Below, in pieces: positions 13,087 through 26,009 of a stretch of DNA of 64,000 bases (its first letter is position 1; each line of letters starts with the position of its first letter). The notes under the pieces are model-generated. The model was given only the letters and a program-made list of their open reading frames with translations, had not been told where the DNA came from and ran no database searches. Where the stretch lies: the NCBI GenBank assembly GCA_036172245.1, contig JAYWIR010000010.1:496001-560000 (forward strand), given 5' to 3'. Position numbers and translations under genes: made by a program. The DNA is from Raillietiella orientalis. Its lineage: Eukaryota.

Positions 13087-13862
13087 CCCGGATACACCGG
13101 ACATTTACTTAAAACCTCTTGCATGGTCAATACAAAAAAACGTGGTACAAGACCCCACTAACGGCCACGCAACACCGGACCTGCCGGGACGCAGACCGGT
13201 GTGACTCTCCTCGGCAGTGGAAGGGGATGGGGGAGAAAACAAAAATAAAAATAAAATTGATAAAAATAAAACAAAAAGAGTTTGGAGGGCCGGGAAGGGA
13301 TCACATTCCACTACGGGGAAGGCCCATCCTTTGCAGGATGCTCTCGAGGTCCTTCAACATTTGTCCCAGCTGGGGCCATCCCGTTGCTCTTTCCATAAAG
13401 CAGACAGCACAGGGGATGAAGTCCCTCTCGTTATCATCGACATCTTCGTCCTGGGCATCACTCCATGCCGCCACGATGCCCCGGATGCAGCAAAGTGCTG
13501 CAAGGGATGCGGCAGGCTGCAGGGCGTCCCGCACGAACAGGAGTCGTAAAACGTCTCTGGGCTGGCTGCCCACCGGGAGCCCGAGGGTCCTCCCAAAATG
13601 TTCCCAAAGGGGCCGGAGGGCAGCACAATCAACAAGAAGGTGGGGGAACGATTCACGCTCCCCGCACCTGGCACACTCAGGCTTTACTCTCCCCCGCGTC
13701 CAATGGAAGCGGCGCGCGTTGCAGGGTAACCCCCAATGCAACAGCAGCAGCGCCGATTCTTGCCACTTCAGGGGGAGAATCCTGGATCCAATCAGAACCG
13801 GGGGCCACTTCAGGTCATCCGTCTGGATGCCGAGCAGCTCGCCCCGGGACCGCCGTCGAGGT
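13087..13862 (-). mobile_element. 3' end of an L1/Tx1-like LINE: ORF2 C-terminus with zf-RVT zinc finger, plus 3' UTR
   Basis: Open frame about 13861-13301 reads LKWPPVLIGSRILPLKWQESALLLLHWGLPCNARRFHW...PECARCGERESFPHLLVDCAALRPLW (CxxC...ExxxHL..C). It is followed by a T-rich 3' UTR and AGTAAA at about 13104-13109. Confidence 0.85.
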
Positions 13863-15717
13863 CACGCAGAGCGGGCAGAGACCGCGACGAAGCGACGGCG
13901 ACTCGCCGCGACGCCCTCGAAAGAAGCCCTCGGGGCGCCCTCCAGCCCTGTGGCTCTTCCAGGTGTCTCCCCGCCGCCCCACCCCCATCTTATGCTAGGA
14001 AGGGTGCGTTCATCCTGGAGGTTCCGGAAAGGGCCAGGGTCTCGAGGAGGGTGGAACCCACTGGTGTCCGCAGGGCAGAGCGGAGGCATCCCTGAGGACC
14101 CTCTGGAGTGGGTCCTCAGGGATGAGGACCGTCCTGTCCTCCTTCCGCTTCCCTCCCTCCATCAGTTTGAGGGCGGCCACCCCGCACGGACCACGTACGA
14201 ACAGCGCGTCCTCCCCCGGGACAGCTGAGCTTCCGGGTCACGACGCTCGCCCGGGGGCAGCGCGACCCCCTTGAGATCTTCCTCTCAGGGAAGAGGGAAG
14301 GTCGCACCTCACCCTTCCTCCCCTCTACTGGCTCGCAGTGCTTCCGAGTGACTTCAGCGAAGGTCCCTCCCTTCGACCGGATGTCCCGGTTCATCCCTGT
14401 CGCGAGAATTCTGTCGTCCCGTGAGTGCGCCGGCGGTCATCTCTGCCTCCCTCACTACGCGCGTGTCTTTATTTTGTTCGCTCCCGGCGTCCAGAGTCCT
14501 CACTGGGGACACAGCTGAGGATCGGGCAGGGAAGGAGGGACCGCGGGAGTGGGGAATGGCCGACCCCTTCGTGGGCACTGCACGGGTCGCGTTCCCACCG
14601 GTCCCCAGGACGCGCGCGTCTCGCCGTAGGCGCAGCCGCAGCTTCTCGCGCTTCGTGACGTCACCCTGGAGAAGCGGGAAGCGAGTGCTGGCCGGGGCTA
14701 CCCTCGCGTCGCCCTCGGGAGGCGGCTGCCGCCCCCCTCTCCTGGAAGCACGACTTATCTCAGCTCTCGCGGGATGTCCTTGCTTTGGCTCCCCCTCCCC
14801 CCCGCCTGCGAACCGTGCAGGACCCTAGCAACCGCTCCTTCTCGCCACTCGGCTGACTCATCGCGCTCGTAGGACCTTCCCGCCCCGCGGGCGCCTTCCC
14901 GAGGGAGCGACGTCCGCGGGTCGATTCCTCCACGGGAGGCAGAGGAACGTGAGGGACAGGGCCGGCGGCGGGGCAACGGCCCTCTGGAGACCAGCGAACC
15001 TCGGGTTGGAAGGGAATCCGCCCTCCCTAGAGACGGCTCGCTGGTGCCGCCGCTCTGCCGGGGTCGCGAAGGTTGGGAGCGGCCGTGGAGTCGCGCATAC
15101 GTCCGGTGGGGAGGGACGGTGGCCTCCCTACGCCATACTTTATCCGCGCGGGGAAGGTGGGCGACTGCGTTCTTCGCCCTCCCTCGCCGGACGCCATCCG
15201 ACCAAGCGGGCAACCAGAATGTTCTAGGATGACGCCCGCGCAGACGCGACGGCAGCAGCCACTCCTCAAAGCTTCCGGGCAGGCCGCGAGAGCGCGCGAC
15301 CGGCGGTCAGTACCTGCGCGCGGGCCTTCTCCAGCTCAAAGGTCACTCCCCCCCCCTCCTGTGCTCTCTCTCGCATGCCGCCGCCGTCGCTTCCTGTCGA
15401 TTGAGCGAGTGCGTCAGCAGGAGCAGCACAGATCAGCAGTCCATGACCATCTGTCCCCCCGGGCGAACTTCCTCCGGACTTCCCAGGATCGCATGTCGGT
15501 CGCCCTGCTCCTACGTAGCTCTCTTTCCGGAGAGAGCGGTCCCCACTTCCTCTTCCGCCAGGGAGAGGGGATGGACGAGTACAGCCTCCGAGATAATGCT
15601 CCGTGCTTCACGAGCGACGCTGGCCTCAGCTCCCGGGTAGTCATCAGGATAGCCAGGATGGCGGGGAGAAGGGGAGAATGTCGACAGTGTCCCCCTCACA
15701 GCGCCTACCGTCTTTTC

Positions 15718-16132
15718 CCTCGTTTGTGGATTGCGTGCAGGAAGGCAAGGGAGAGAGGGGAAGCCAGGGAGGGTGGAGGGTGAGGGATGGGGTGTTGTTC
15801 TTCTCTTCACACCTCCTTCACACCTCCTTTTCCCTCGACCTGCGAAGGGCCTCCCTGTCGATGTGTGCACATCCGCTTCATGCACACGCGAAGGCGCCGT
15901 CGTGCGGGTGCTCACCGCCGGGATTCGAACCAGCAGCCTTCCGCGCGGCACCGCCGTTTCCGCCCAGCCTCGCACACGCGCGAGCCTGCGGCATTGTCGA
16001 GTCGCGAGCTCCGTCGGGCACCGGGATTCGAACCCGCGGCCTCTCAAAGGGGCACCGGAGGTTTGCACCCGTTGCGTTGACCTCGATTGCTGCTCGGCGT
16101 GGTCGAGGAAGCGGTCTCGGCCTCCCTTCTGG
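15718..16132 (+). repeat. 415-bp direct repeat, copy A (identical to 30419-30833)
   Basis: Line-by-line comparison shows no mismatch over 415 bp; offset 14701. Confidence 0.95.
15890..16075 (-). mobile_element. Dimeric tRNA-derived SINE-like segment (also at about 30591-30776)
   Basis: Two minus-strand GGTTCGAATCCCGG B boxes (+ strand GGATTCGAACC at 15921-15931 and 16024-16034), 103 bp apart. Confidence 0.5.
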
Positions 16133-16949
16133 AGCGATCCTGAGGGTCCGCAATCTGTCCTGACCCATGGGCCCAGCAGGTCTCCCATCTCTGCTTCGAC
16201 CGGGAACATCCGCTGTCGCGCAAAGGCCTGCCGGGGAGAGCTGTTGCGCAGCTTCCGCCGCTTCCCGAACCTGCCCGACTGCTCCTTCGTAGGCGGGAGA
16301 GCGCTACTGCCTGGCTGCCTCCCCTCGTTCCCTCAGCAAGTGACATCGAGGGCGACGCGAATCGGACACGTGTTTTCCGGTCACGTGATCGGAAAGTGGC
16401 CGCGGCATAGAGGTCGTCTTCGCGGCACGCCCTGCAGCACTCCGCGCCCCTAGAGAGCCAGCGGGGCGAGGGCGAGAGGAGGCAGGAGGTGGTGGTGGTC
16501 TCCTCCTTCCCCCACAGGGGAGGAAGGAGGAGGATCAGGTGGTGAACAGCCTCTCCCGCTCGAAGGCGCCGCTCCTGAGAGCGAGACAAAGTGGACGGCG
16601 CCTGGCCAAAGGTCGCGCTGTTGGGCCTGTTGCCCCCAAGCCGCGGGCAGGATCTCTCCTTCCCTGCGCACAGAGAAACGAAAGGATGGAACGTTCGCGC
16701 GGGACTGGCGCCAGTGGAGGGATAGATGGACGCTTACCCCGCTCCGGATGACCGTGGCGATTGCCTTCCTGCAACCGGGTTCTGCGACACCCGGGACGCG
16801 GGCGAATTTCCCCGATCGGGGAACGAGGGACGAGCGACGGGAGTGGCAGCGGCGGCAGCGAATTTTCCGCTTCTCTCCACGCAGGGGAGTTTTTCCTTGA
16901 CCCCACGCGGGGGTGGTAGGGACGACGTTTCACCGGCTGAGGCAGGTGG

Positions 16950-17170
16950 CTGCAGTGACAGGCTGCAGGGGGGCCGCCGCCTCCCCCGAGCTCATGCAAA
17001 TCGGGGATGTCGTCAACGGGAGTGCCGCCTCGGGCTGGCACTTCCTGCAGGCGAGGAGGGGCGGAAGCAGCTGCCGACGCAGGGAGGCGGATTTCCTCCG
17101 TCCTCGGGACGAAAGGGCAGATCCCGCCGGCTCGCAGATCAACAGGAACTCCAGCAAGGGAGGCACTCTC
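16950..17170 (-). mobile_element. Possible decayed LINE RT core
   Basis: LAGVPVDLRAG ... GTPVDDI occur in one frame with plausible spacing for GVPQG ... YADD. Confidence 0.25.
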
Positions 17171-18029
17171 TCGCCGCGACGGGGGCGTTCGAAACCCGCG
17201 CGTGTGAGTCCGGGACAACCCTGGGGAAATCCCCGGGGTTTTCCCTTCCGCCAGTGGGCTGCCCGATCCGGTTCTTCTCGCGGCGCGCAGCACTCTCCCT
17301 GTCCCTGCTGCGGAGCCGAAACGCTCGGAAGGAACGCGACCCGAGCGACCTCCCCGGCAGGAACTCGGCGGAGTGCGGAGGGTCGGTTCTCCGTCTGGCC
17401 GCTAGGGGCTCACCGGCGATCGCTGAGAGCGGCCGCGGGATGCGGCGGGCCCACTAATAAAGACCTAGGGTGAGATAGGCGAGGTGCGCCGGGAGGCAAA
17501 TGGAGCCTCCGGGAAGCTTGCGAAAGAAGCGACAAGGTGCGTTACCGGTCGGAACGGAGACATTTGGGCGAACGTCAGTCTCCTCCTCAGGAGAAAAAGA
17601 GGGCGCACCCCCGCTCCCCCTCATCAGGACGGAAAGCAGCGAACATGAATCGAGTTGTTGGAGGCTGTCCATCTGGGGTCCAGGCCACCGAGCTGCCGTA
17701 CGATGGAAGAGGTCACCTGGTCGCCGGCGCACGTTGAGCGAGCGCTTCCCGCGGGAAAGGGAAACCGGGAACTCTCTGGAGAGACCAAAGAGCGGTCGTT
17801 CGATTCCCCATCGCCCTTATTCCCACCCTATCCCCACACCCTTCCTCACCCTTTTCCCATGCCTGCTCCTTGGCCACCCAGAGGAGGCCCGCTGGACGCC
17901 CCGCGACCGCCAGTCTTCGCATTGTTGCTCTTCTGGAGTCCCATCCATCCTGCCACCCTGCCTTCGCCATGGGATGCTGACTCACTCCTGCCGCCTTCCA
18001 CGCCCTTCCGGCGTCTTTCTTCCCCCGGT

Positions 18030-18290
18030 AACTTCTCCATTTCCTCTTCCTCCCTTCCTCCTCCTCCTCCCTCCTCCTTCCTTTCTTCCTCCTCCTTAGT
18101 CGCTCCCTCTCTTCGCCTCTACCTCCCCCTCTTCCTCTTCCTCCCCACCTCTCCCCCCTCTTCTTTCTTTCTTTCGCCTCCTCCTCCCTTCTCACTCCTC
18201 CTCCTCTCTCTTCCTCATCTTCTTCTTCCCTTCTCTTCCCCCTCCCTCCCCCCTTTTCCCCTTCCCTTCTAGCTCCTCCTCCTCCTCTTC
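18030..18290 (+). repeat. Polypyrimidine low-complexity tract
   Basis: About 260 bp of CCT/CTT repeats. Confidence 0.9.
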
Positions 18291-20667
18291 AACGGTGTGG
18301 ACAACATCAACCGCCTCAGGTGAACTCGCATCCCCGACTCGGGAAGACGGACGGAGGAACCAGGACGTCCGCTCGTCGCTCCTCTCCTTCGAGCCGCCCC
18401 TGCCGCCTACAGCGCGTCGCCCTCGGACGGCGGTGGTGTCTTTCGCGTGCCGCAGATGCTGTGGCTGCCGCCCACGCCCTTCCGGCGTTTCTCTTGCTTT
18501 TCCGGTCTGCCCTTTTGAACTGGCCAGGCAGCCGGGGGCCTTGCCTGCGCCACGCGAGGGGTTCACGAAGCCCCCTCCCTGGCGGCTGCTGGCGCACGGG
18601 GTGTGAGTCCGACCACCGACACGAGAGGGCGCCTTGTCGTCCGGGGCCTCCTCGCCAACACCACCATGCGGGGGGTCACGAAACCCACGACGCGTCCACT
18701 CTCCACGGGACCAGCACCCTGCCTACTCGGCAGCGTAGGTGGACCGCCGCCTTTTTCCCTGCTGTGAGCCATGGAAGGAGTGGAGAGGCGAGGCGGCGGC
18801 GACCCCGTGATGGGACACAGGATGTGGGGGACGTGGACGGGTGACCCCGAGAGCAGGTCAGTGCCGGCAGCGTGCTCTGTGGCGGTCAGAAGGGAGGAGG
18901 GAAAACTCCCTGGAGAGTCCCACATTCTCGGTGGTCGGGAGAGTCGAAGGCTGCATGGACCAGGCGCCTCCTCTGCTGTTTCGAAAGCCCGGACTACGCG
19001 AGTCGGCGCCGTTCCGGAGCCATCGTGCGGAGGTCGACCCTCTCCCGGCCGTTGGTCTCAGCTCAAGTCGTCTTCGAGTTCTCGCCGTCGTTTTCTCGGT
19101 TCCACAGGAGTCCCGGATGGACCGTGACTCTCTCCCGGAAGAGCATTCTGCTGGAGCAAGCGGTGGCCGTGCGCAAGACGAGGATCGACGAATTTGTCCC
19201 CCTGCACGAAGGTCACGCTGCGCGGAAGGCGGGTGTGACCTTGCTCGAGGAGTGGTGGAAAGGAAGCACAAAATGAGAACGCGAGGGATCGCAGAGCGAA
19301 AGACGCGGCCGCATCGAGGTCACGAGAAAGTAGCGGAGTCGCTCTCGTCAGCCTCTTCTCCCCTGACACCGTGGTGTCTCCGCTGACCATCCTCACGCGG
19401 CGTGACCAGCGCAGGCGCTCTCCAGGGGACGGCTCGAGATGGCTCCGTGAAATCGACCTCTTGAGTCCCCGGCGCTTTCCTCCTCCGTCGCGCGGCGCCC
19501 GAGGAAGGCTCGCGGGACGCGCCTTTCGCCTCGCGTCGGGAGGTCGCGGCCCAGAGGGGCTCACGAGTGGCAGCGCCACCTCTTCTGAGCCACCCGCGCT
19601 TGCTGCGCTCGCTCCCGTCGCCCCCCCGACGCGGAGCAAGAAGTCCCCGAGACACGGGGACCTCCGCCTCGTCTCTGAGGTTTCGCGAGGACTGTCACTG
19701 GTGCTCCCTTGTGGCTGCTGCGCGTGGAGGCGTATCCCGGTCGGCGGACTCTACGTTGCCCACCGGGGGAGAGCGCCGTCCTCGGTCCGTGGAGGTGAAG
19801 TCTCGGCGAACCGTAAGCGGTTCCTCTAACGGAAACAGAGCGGCGGAGGCGCCAGGACGGGGCGGACCCAGGATCCGTCAATGCCACGGGTCCGGCATCT
19901 CGAGGTGTTCGTCTGAGCATCCGCCGGCTTCCGTCCTCCTTTCCTGCAGGGCCGCAGACGTCGTCACTGGGAGACGGAACGGAAGGAACACGTAGTCCCC
20001 GCGGCAATGTGCAGCGGCCCGGGGCTATGAGAGCGAACAGTGGCAGGAGAGGGCGGGAACGTTTCTTCTGACGTCCTTCCCGCTGTCCACCCCGGACCGC
20101 GTGCGACGCCGACGAGCGAGAAGAGCCGAGAGACCTCGCCGTCGGCATCCAACCGAGTCCGTCTGGAGAGTTTCTCCTGCGAGTCCTCGGCGAGAGGAAG
20201 GACGTCGGCGAGGCACCAGCGGAACACTCGAAAGGCGCACGCGATTCCCGCCGGCACTTGCGCGTCTGGAAGGAAGTCAGACGTCTGCCCTGTGGCAATG
20301 GCGAACGCAACGATGCCCTTCCCACGAGCCGACGCTTCAGAACGAGGAGGGACACGCCGTTCACAAGGGCAGCGTTCCAGCTCTCCTCCTCCGTCAACGC
20401 CGCTGGAGGATGGACTCCTCCATGAGAAGCGTTCCCGTGCGAGGAGTGAGTCCTCCTTGAGCGAGTCTTCCTCACGGTGTCACGTGCACGCTTCCCTTCT
20501 TCGTCTCGTGCTCCTCAGCGACGTCAACTCAGTCGTCGATGTGCTGCTGCAGCCACCCTCCCGACAGCACGGACGACAGCGGCGGCGGGGAATTTGAGGA
20601 ACGGCATGTCCGGCCTCGGTCTCTCTTCGACTTCTGAGTCCTTCCTCCTAAGCTTGGAGGCGGAGGC

Positions 20668-20880
20668 TTGCCTTCCTCCCTTCCTCTTCCTCCTTAATCC
20701 TCCCTCTTTCCTCCTCATCTTCTTCCCCCCTTCTTCCTCCTCCTTTTCTTCCCTCTTTTCTTCCTATTCTTCCTTGCTTCCTCCCCCTCTATTCCGCCCT
20801 TCCTCCTTCCTTCTTCCCCTTCTCTTCCACTCCTCATCCTCCCTTCCCGTTCCTCCCAATCTCCTTCCTCCTTTGCCTCC
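20668..20880 (+). repeat. Polypyrimidine low-complexity tract
   Basis: About 210 bp of CCT/CTT repeats. Confidence 0.9.
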
Positions 20881-22839
20881 CACCCATTGTTTGTGGCCTT
20901 GCAGAGTTCGTGCATGCGGCGCGACATCTAACGGCGAGTCTTTCCGCATGTTTTGCACCTTCGTCTTACAGACGCGTTAGCGTGATGTGGACACAACCGC
21001 AGCGGCCAAACGAAGGGAGTTCTTGCATGTTCAACCTACGCGTCTCCCAGTGCATCTGCGCCCAGCTTCCCGCGCCGCAGCTGGGAGCTGAACACCCTGC
21101 CCGGCTGCTTGCATGCTCGTAGGAGCCACGATCCCAGAAAAGGTCGAAGCACGCGCGCCTGTGGAGAGGCCATCGAGAGGGGCATCCCTGCGCCTGTCCA
21201 AGCTCTTGCCCTCACCCCGCCAGCTCATCGGAGCCACGGCGAGCGCCGAACGAGAGCACCAGGGAGCCCCCACGGGCGACGCGGCCTCGAGCCTTCCCTA
21301 AGAGTCCGTCACAGGTCCTCTCCCGCTCCTCTGAACACCGCTGTCCGCGTCCCCTTCGGCGGCGACCGACCGATGGGCCGAGGCTCGGGCGGCCCCCCGA
21401 TCCTCTAGAAAGCTGGCGACTGGGCGGGCGGGCGCTTCGTGGGTCGAGCTCCCAACAGCAAGGTCACCGAGGGGAGTGTGTATAGGGCATTGGCCGCATC
21501 TCTCGCTTGCCCTGGGCATCGGGAGTGTCCGAGAGGAGCAGCTTCCTTCTCTCCTCCTCCTCCCGCGCTGTTCTTGTCTGTACGGCTGCCCTCCGCAACT
21601 TTCGGTCGTTGCGTTTCGCCCCTCTGCCGCCTGCAGGCGCTCGCACAGAGCCTCCTCCGCCTTCCGCGTTTGTTCCCTCCGTCCTCGCCCGCACTGCGCG
21701 TCCCTCCCTTTCCCCCTGCGCGTCGTAGGGGGATGCTGCGCAGGAAGCGTTCCCTGGCGGGAGCGTCCTCGGCGTCGAAAGGGGCTGGCAGCAACGGACG
21801 CGCACGCAGCGCGGGACTCCGCGTGGCGGCTCGAGCGGCGGGCTGGCGCAGATCCGCCGCTCCTGGGAAACCGTGCTCTAGGGAAAGGGGCAGGGAAACG
21901 TCACCCCACCTCCCTGCCCACTCACTCTCCACTGACCCCCGTTTTTCCGCTTCTCCTTGCGTCCCCTGGAGCGACCGGACAGCGTTCCCTAGAGAGAAGT
22001 GGAGGCGGTCAGCGGGCGGACCGCGTGCCCATTTCGCCGCCACCTGCCTCAGGCGGCTCCCTCAAACTCCCCCCTCCCCTTCCCTTCCCGTTCCTCCTCC
22101 TCCTTCCCACCCTCTCCCCTACCCTTCCCCCTTTCCCTTCCTCCCTCTCCCTCGCCTTCCCCCTCCTCTCCCACCGCCCCTTCCCCCCGAAAGAAAGGGC
22201 TCGCTCCGCGCCTCCCTGCCCGCCTCGCGGGACGCAGCCGCCCGTCCCCGCCGCGCGCGCACGTGTATCGCGCGTGCGACGCGGCCGCGCAGACAGCAGC
22301 TGTGCGGCGGCGACTGAGAGAAGCGCAGAGGAAGAGGAAGGAGGGGGAGGAGGAGGAAGAGGGGGAGTGCTGCTCCGACAGAGGCCGCCGAGGTCCACCC
22401 CTGCGCCTCGAGCGCCAGCGGACGACTTTTCCTCCTCCCGCGTTCTCCCGCATGGCCGCCGGCGCTGTGCTGTCCAGCGTCGGATCGCAACCGACTAAGC
22501 GCGCCACCTGGCTGGCGTTGCGGTCGCCGCTGACCACTCCTCGCCACCGACCCCGTTCACATCCCCCGGCAGCGCATCTGGATGCGCCGCTCGTCAACGG
22601 TATCAAAGAGCAGAGCAAGTCACGAAGTCACCAAGGAGTCAGGTTAGGGTGTGCCGCCGCTGTTGCGACGCCGACCAGGAAAAGACCAGCCGAGTCCGAG
22701 CGGGAAAGAGGAAGAGTAAGGGAAGAAGGAGAAGAGGAAAAGAACGAGGAAGAAAGGGAGAAGAGGAGGAAAAGAGCAGGATGACGCGGGAAAGGGGAGA
22801 AGGGAAAGAAGGAGGAAATCCACAGGTGGATTCGCGAAG

Positions 22840-23170
22840 TGTGGATAGAGGTTCTGCTGGGTGTGCTGGGGAATGCCCAAGAGACGGAAGCCCATTGGGA
22901 AGGCAGTTGGCTCCGCCGTCGTCCTCTTCCGCGGTGCAGGCATCGTAGACAAGCTGGTGATTGAATTTCCGGCGCGACGAGATGGCGGCAGCAGCGTCGC
23001 GCTCCATGTTTCATGTAGACGAGACGAGGTCGAAGACCTTGTCCAATGTCCAGTGAGGCAGTAACGTCCGTTGGGGCTACCAGTTTAGTCATCCTGCGCA
23101 CGAAGGACAGTGATGGCTCCCCGGAATTCAGCAGGGTCAGCAGGCAGCTGACCCTGCTGGAATCCTACGC
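22840..23170 (-). mobile_element. Decayed LINE reverse transcriptase core (CR1/L2/Jockey-like)
   Basis: Three RT motifs in the correct order across frameshifts: GFQQG.SCLLTLL (QHGFxxGRSCxTxL), LDI.DKVFDLV (LDxxKAFDxV) and SQWASVS.GIPQ (SxWxxVxSGVPQG). Confidence 0.65.
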
Positions 23171-24689
23171 GCGAAAAGGGGACACCCGTGATACCTGGAC
23201 CTCGACCCGCAGTTTCCGATGTCCTCCTCTCCTGCAAGCGCTGGTCTGCGGCGCCCCGTTCTAGAGGGTGGTGGACCACCCCCTTCTTGCATCCGCAGTG
23301 CACACGAGACTAACACCCGGGGAGCACCTAACAGAGCGAGGAAGGCGCGATTATCTCGATCGATATCAGGATGCTGCGAGATTGTGCAGTGACACTGGCG
23401 AAGATTTCTTTCTGCAAACAGGGAGAGAGAGAGAGAGAGAGAGAGCATGCTGGCCGCGAGTTCTCCGAGCCAGGGGTCCTCTGAGGAGGTCGAACGCTGG
23501 CGGTGCTGAACCTCGGCCGTACCGCTTCCGACGGAACACGGTGGCGCTTCTTCGAGCACCACAGCCCTGGACCGGAGAGGCGTCGCATCCAGACAGCGGA
23601 AGGACTCCCAGGTGGAGTGTCTCATCCGATCGGGAGGCAGCAGATGACGTCGGAGATGCCTTCCGAAAGGACTCGCCGGGAGGGAAGCGGGTGGTTGTCT
23701 GCCGCTTGTTGGTCCCGCATGAGAGAGGAAGAACTTCAGGAACACGTGTTTTGCCCAACACCCAGGAGGGAAGGGAAGTCCCCAAAGTCCAGGGTGTCCT
23801 CGCCCTTGAATGTCGTTCGGAGATCCGCGATGCACACGGCGAATCACGAAGGCAGCAGGTGCATCCGCTGGGAAGCTGCACTCGGCGAATGAGAGAAACC
23901 GAGGCGGAGATGGCGTGGGGGACTTGGAGTGGGTCCGTCTTGGGAATCCCGCGTCGACTCCGGAAGGCAGGCCTCAAAGAATGAAGCAGGGCTGCTGCAC
24001 TTCGTTTTTCCGCCGAGGAACGGAGGAGGAGGAGGAAGGGATGACCAAAAGATGGTGAAGAAAGCGACGGCAAAGAGCGTAATGATGGAAGCTTCCACAT
24101 GACGTGGGTCCGTGGGGTGGCAGCGCATGTGCGGGTCATGGATCAGGCGGTCCGGTTCTCCTATGCACGCCGACGGCTCCCCAATGGGAAGAGGCGGAGA
24201 GCCACCCCGCCATGGAAGTCGCTGCGTCTCCTGCGCCACACCGACCTGCACTCGTGGGGGTCCGATCGAGATCGGACGACCTGCAGCGGCGCGCCCGACG
24301 GCACGTCTCTCCGCACACGGAAGAAGTCGCTGCGAAACCACTGGATGGTGCTTCCAGAATCCAGGAAGCCCTTCCGGTGGAGCGACCGCAGGCCCGCCTT
24401 TCAGTCTGGTGCCTCCCGTGTGCGCGGGTGGCCGGCCTCTGACCGGCAAGCTCGATGTCTCCCCTGCCCTCTGCTTCCGTGGGAAGGGGGCCACGTTCGG
24501 CTCCCTGGCTGGCAGGTCCGCAGCACCCTCGCCGCCTCCTCCTGCTCCGTTTCCAAGTTTCCATCCGGTCCCTGATTGCGGTTATAAATAAATAAGGCTT
24601 TGAGCTCAGAGCCAAAAGATGCTGCGGGCAGTACCCTCTCGAGAAAGAAGCGAACTCTTTGAAAAATTCATAGCGACGCTTCTCACTTC

Positions 24690-24960
24690 CTCCAGCATCC
24701 GGGAGGCATCATCCACTGCCCCGCAGTCCCGAACTCATGCACTTGGGATTCAGACCGGTTTTCTCCCCAAGTAGTGCCCGTCTCGAAGAAGGACCCATCC
24801 ACTCTTCACATCCATTTCCAAGCTTTCCTTCCGGCTCGCCTCTTCCGGGGCGCTTGGAGCTTGTCGGACACGATCCGGCCTAACCCGTTCTTCGAGTCTT
24901 CCGCGGCCCGAGGACATCCGGCGCATCTCAACCTGCTGCGATCTTCCGTCACGTGTCATG
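24690..24960 (-). mobile_element. Decayed RTE-clade LINE C-terminal region
   Basis: QQVEMRRMSSGRGRLEERVRPDRVRQ resembles the RTE pattern EMxxLRxxxGxxxxDRxRNxxIR. Confidence 0.35.
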
Positions 24961-25499
24961 AGGCCGTCTTCCTCCGTCTCCTGTCCAGATGGCAGCTACC
25001 ACGTGGCACTGACTGCAGCGCCCTGCTCCTCGCGTGAGAGCAGAACCCACGGGAAGCGTCAACGACGGCGCGCTCAGGTGCGTCGCGGCGACGTCGAAGT
25101 CACCAGCCGACATCCCCGATCGCCGCGCATGAGCGGTTCCGCCACCGAGAGCGGGAGCGCGGGACACACCCGGTCCTGCAGAGCCTCCACGCTGAGCCGA
25201 GGTCCGGCTCCACCTTTCGAGTTGGAGCTTGGCCAAAGGGTGAAAACCTCCACCGCCCCGTGCCGGACGAAGCGCGGAAAGGGAAGAAGAGGAAACCTCC
25301 GGTGGCGGCGCGCCTGCAAGGCTGAAGGCGAAGGAGAGGGACGGTGCCCCATAGCAGCGAATCGGAAACGGAAGATGGCATCGCGGCCATGACGAACCGA
25401 ATGGCGCCGCGCAGCACCTCAACCGATGTGGCCAACTCGATTCGCACCGGGCGTCCCTCGACTGCGTGTAACAAGTTGCTCTTTCCACATCTTAGGCAC

Positions 25500-25870
25500 T
25501 GACGGCGAAAACACGTCCACTGCAGTTCAAAACTAAGGTCCACCAAGATCGAAGATGCTGCGCTTTTATTTTTATATGCATATTTTTTATTTTCTACCCA
25601 TTTTAGACCCATACGCGGACGCTTTCGCGACCCTCATGGCGACTGGTCTTCTGTGGCGAGGGTGTGGAAAGCTCTGAAAGGATGTCTCCGACCCTAGGGA
25701 AGGTGAACGCAGTTTTTCCGGAGGAAATAAACCAGGACAGCCGGTGCAATAGAAGGCTGGCGAAGGAACGAGCACGCAGTGAGCCATGGAATTCAGCTCG
25801 ATGGGGGCGTGAAAGAGTGACAAGGTGAGCCGCATGCGAACCCGCCGGGATCTCGAGGCTCACAGTGGGG
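25500..25870 (+). mobile_element. Possible decayed LINE RT N-terminal half
   Basis: Motif remnants in order: PLQFKTKV, HFRPI, QFFRRK..TAGAI and DLEA, resembling PxxWKxAxV, YRPI, QxGFR..T..AI and DxxKA. Confidence 0.3.
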
Positions 25871-26009
25871 GAATAAGCACCAAACCAGCCGCTGCATCGG
25901 AATGACAGTGGACCAACGACGTTTTCGGGGAAGAAAAAAAGAGGAATGTAGAAGGATGAGGAGCAGGAAGAAAAGAAGGGAAGAGGAAGTCTGAAGGAGA
26001 CACAGCCGG

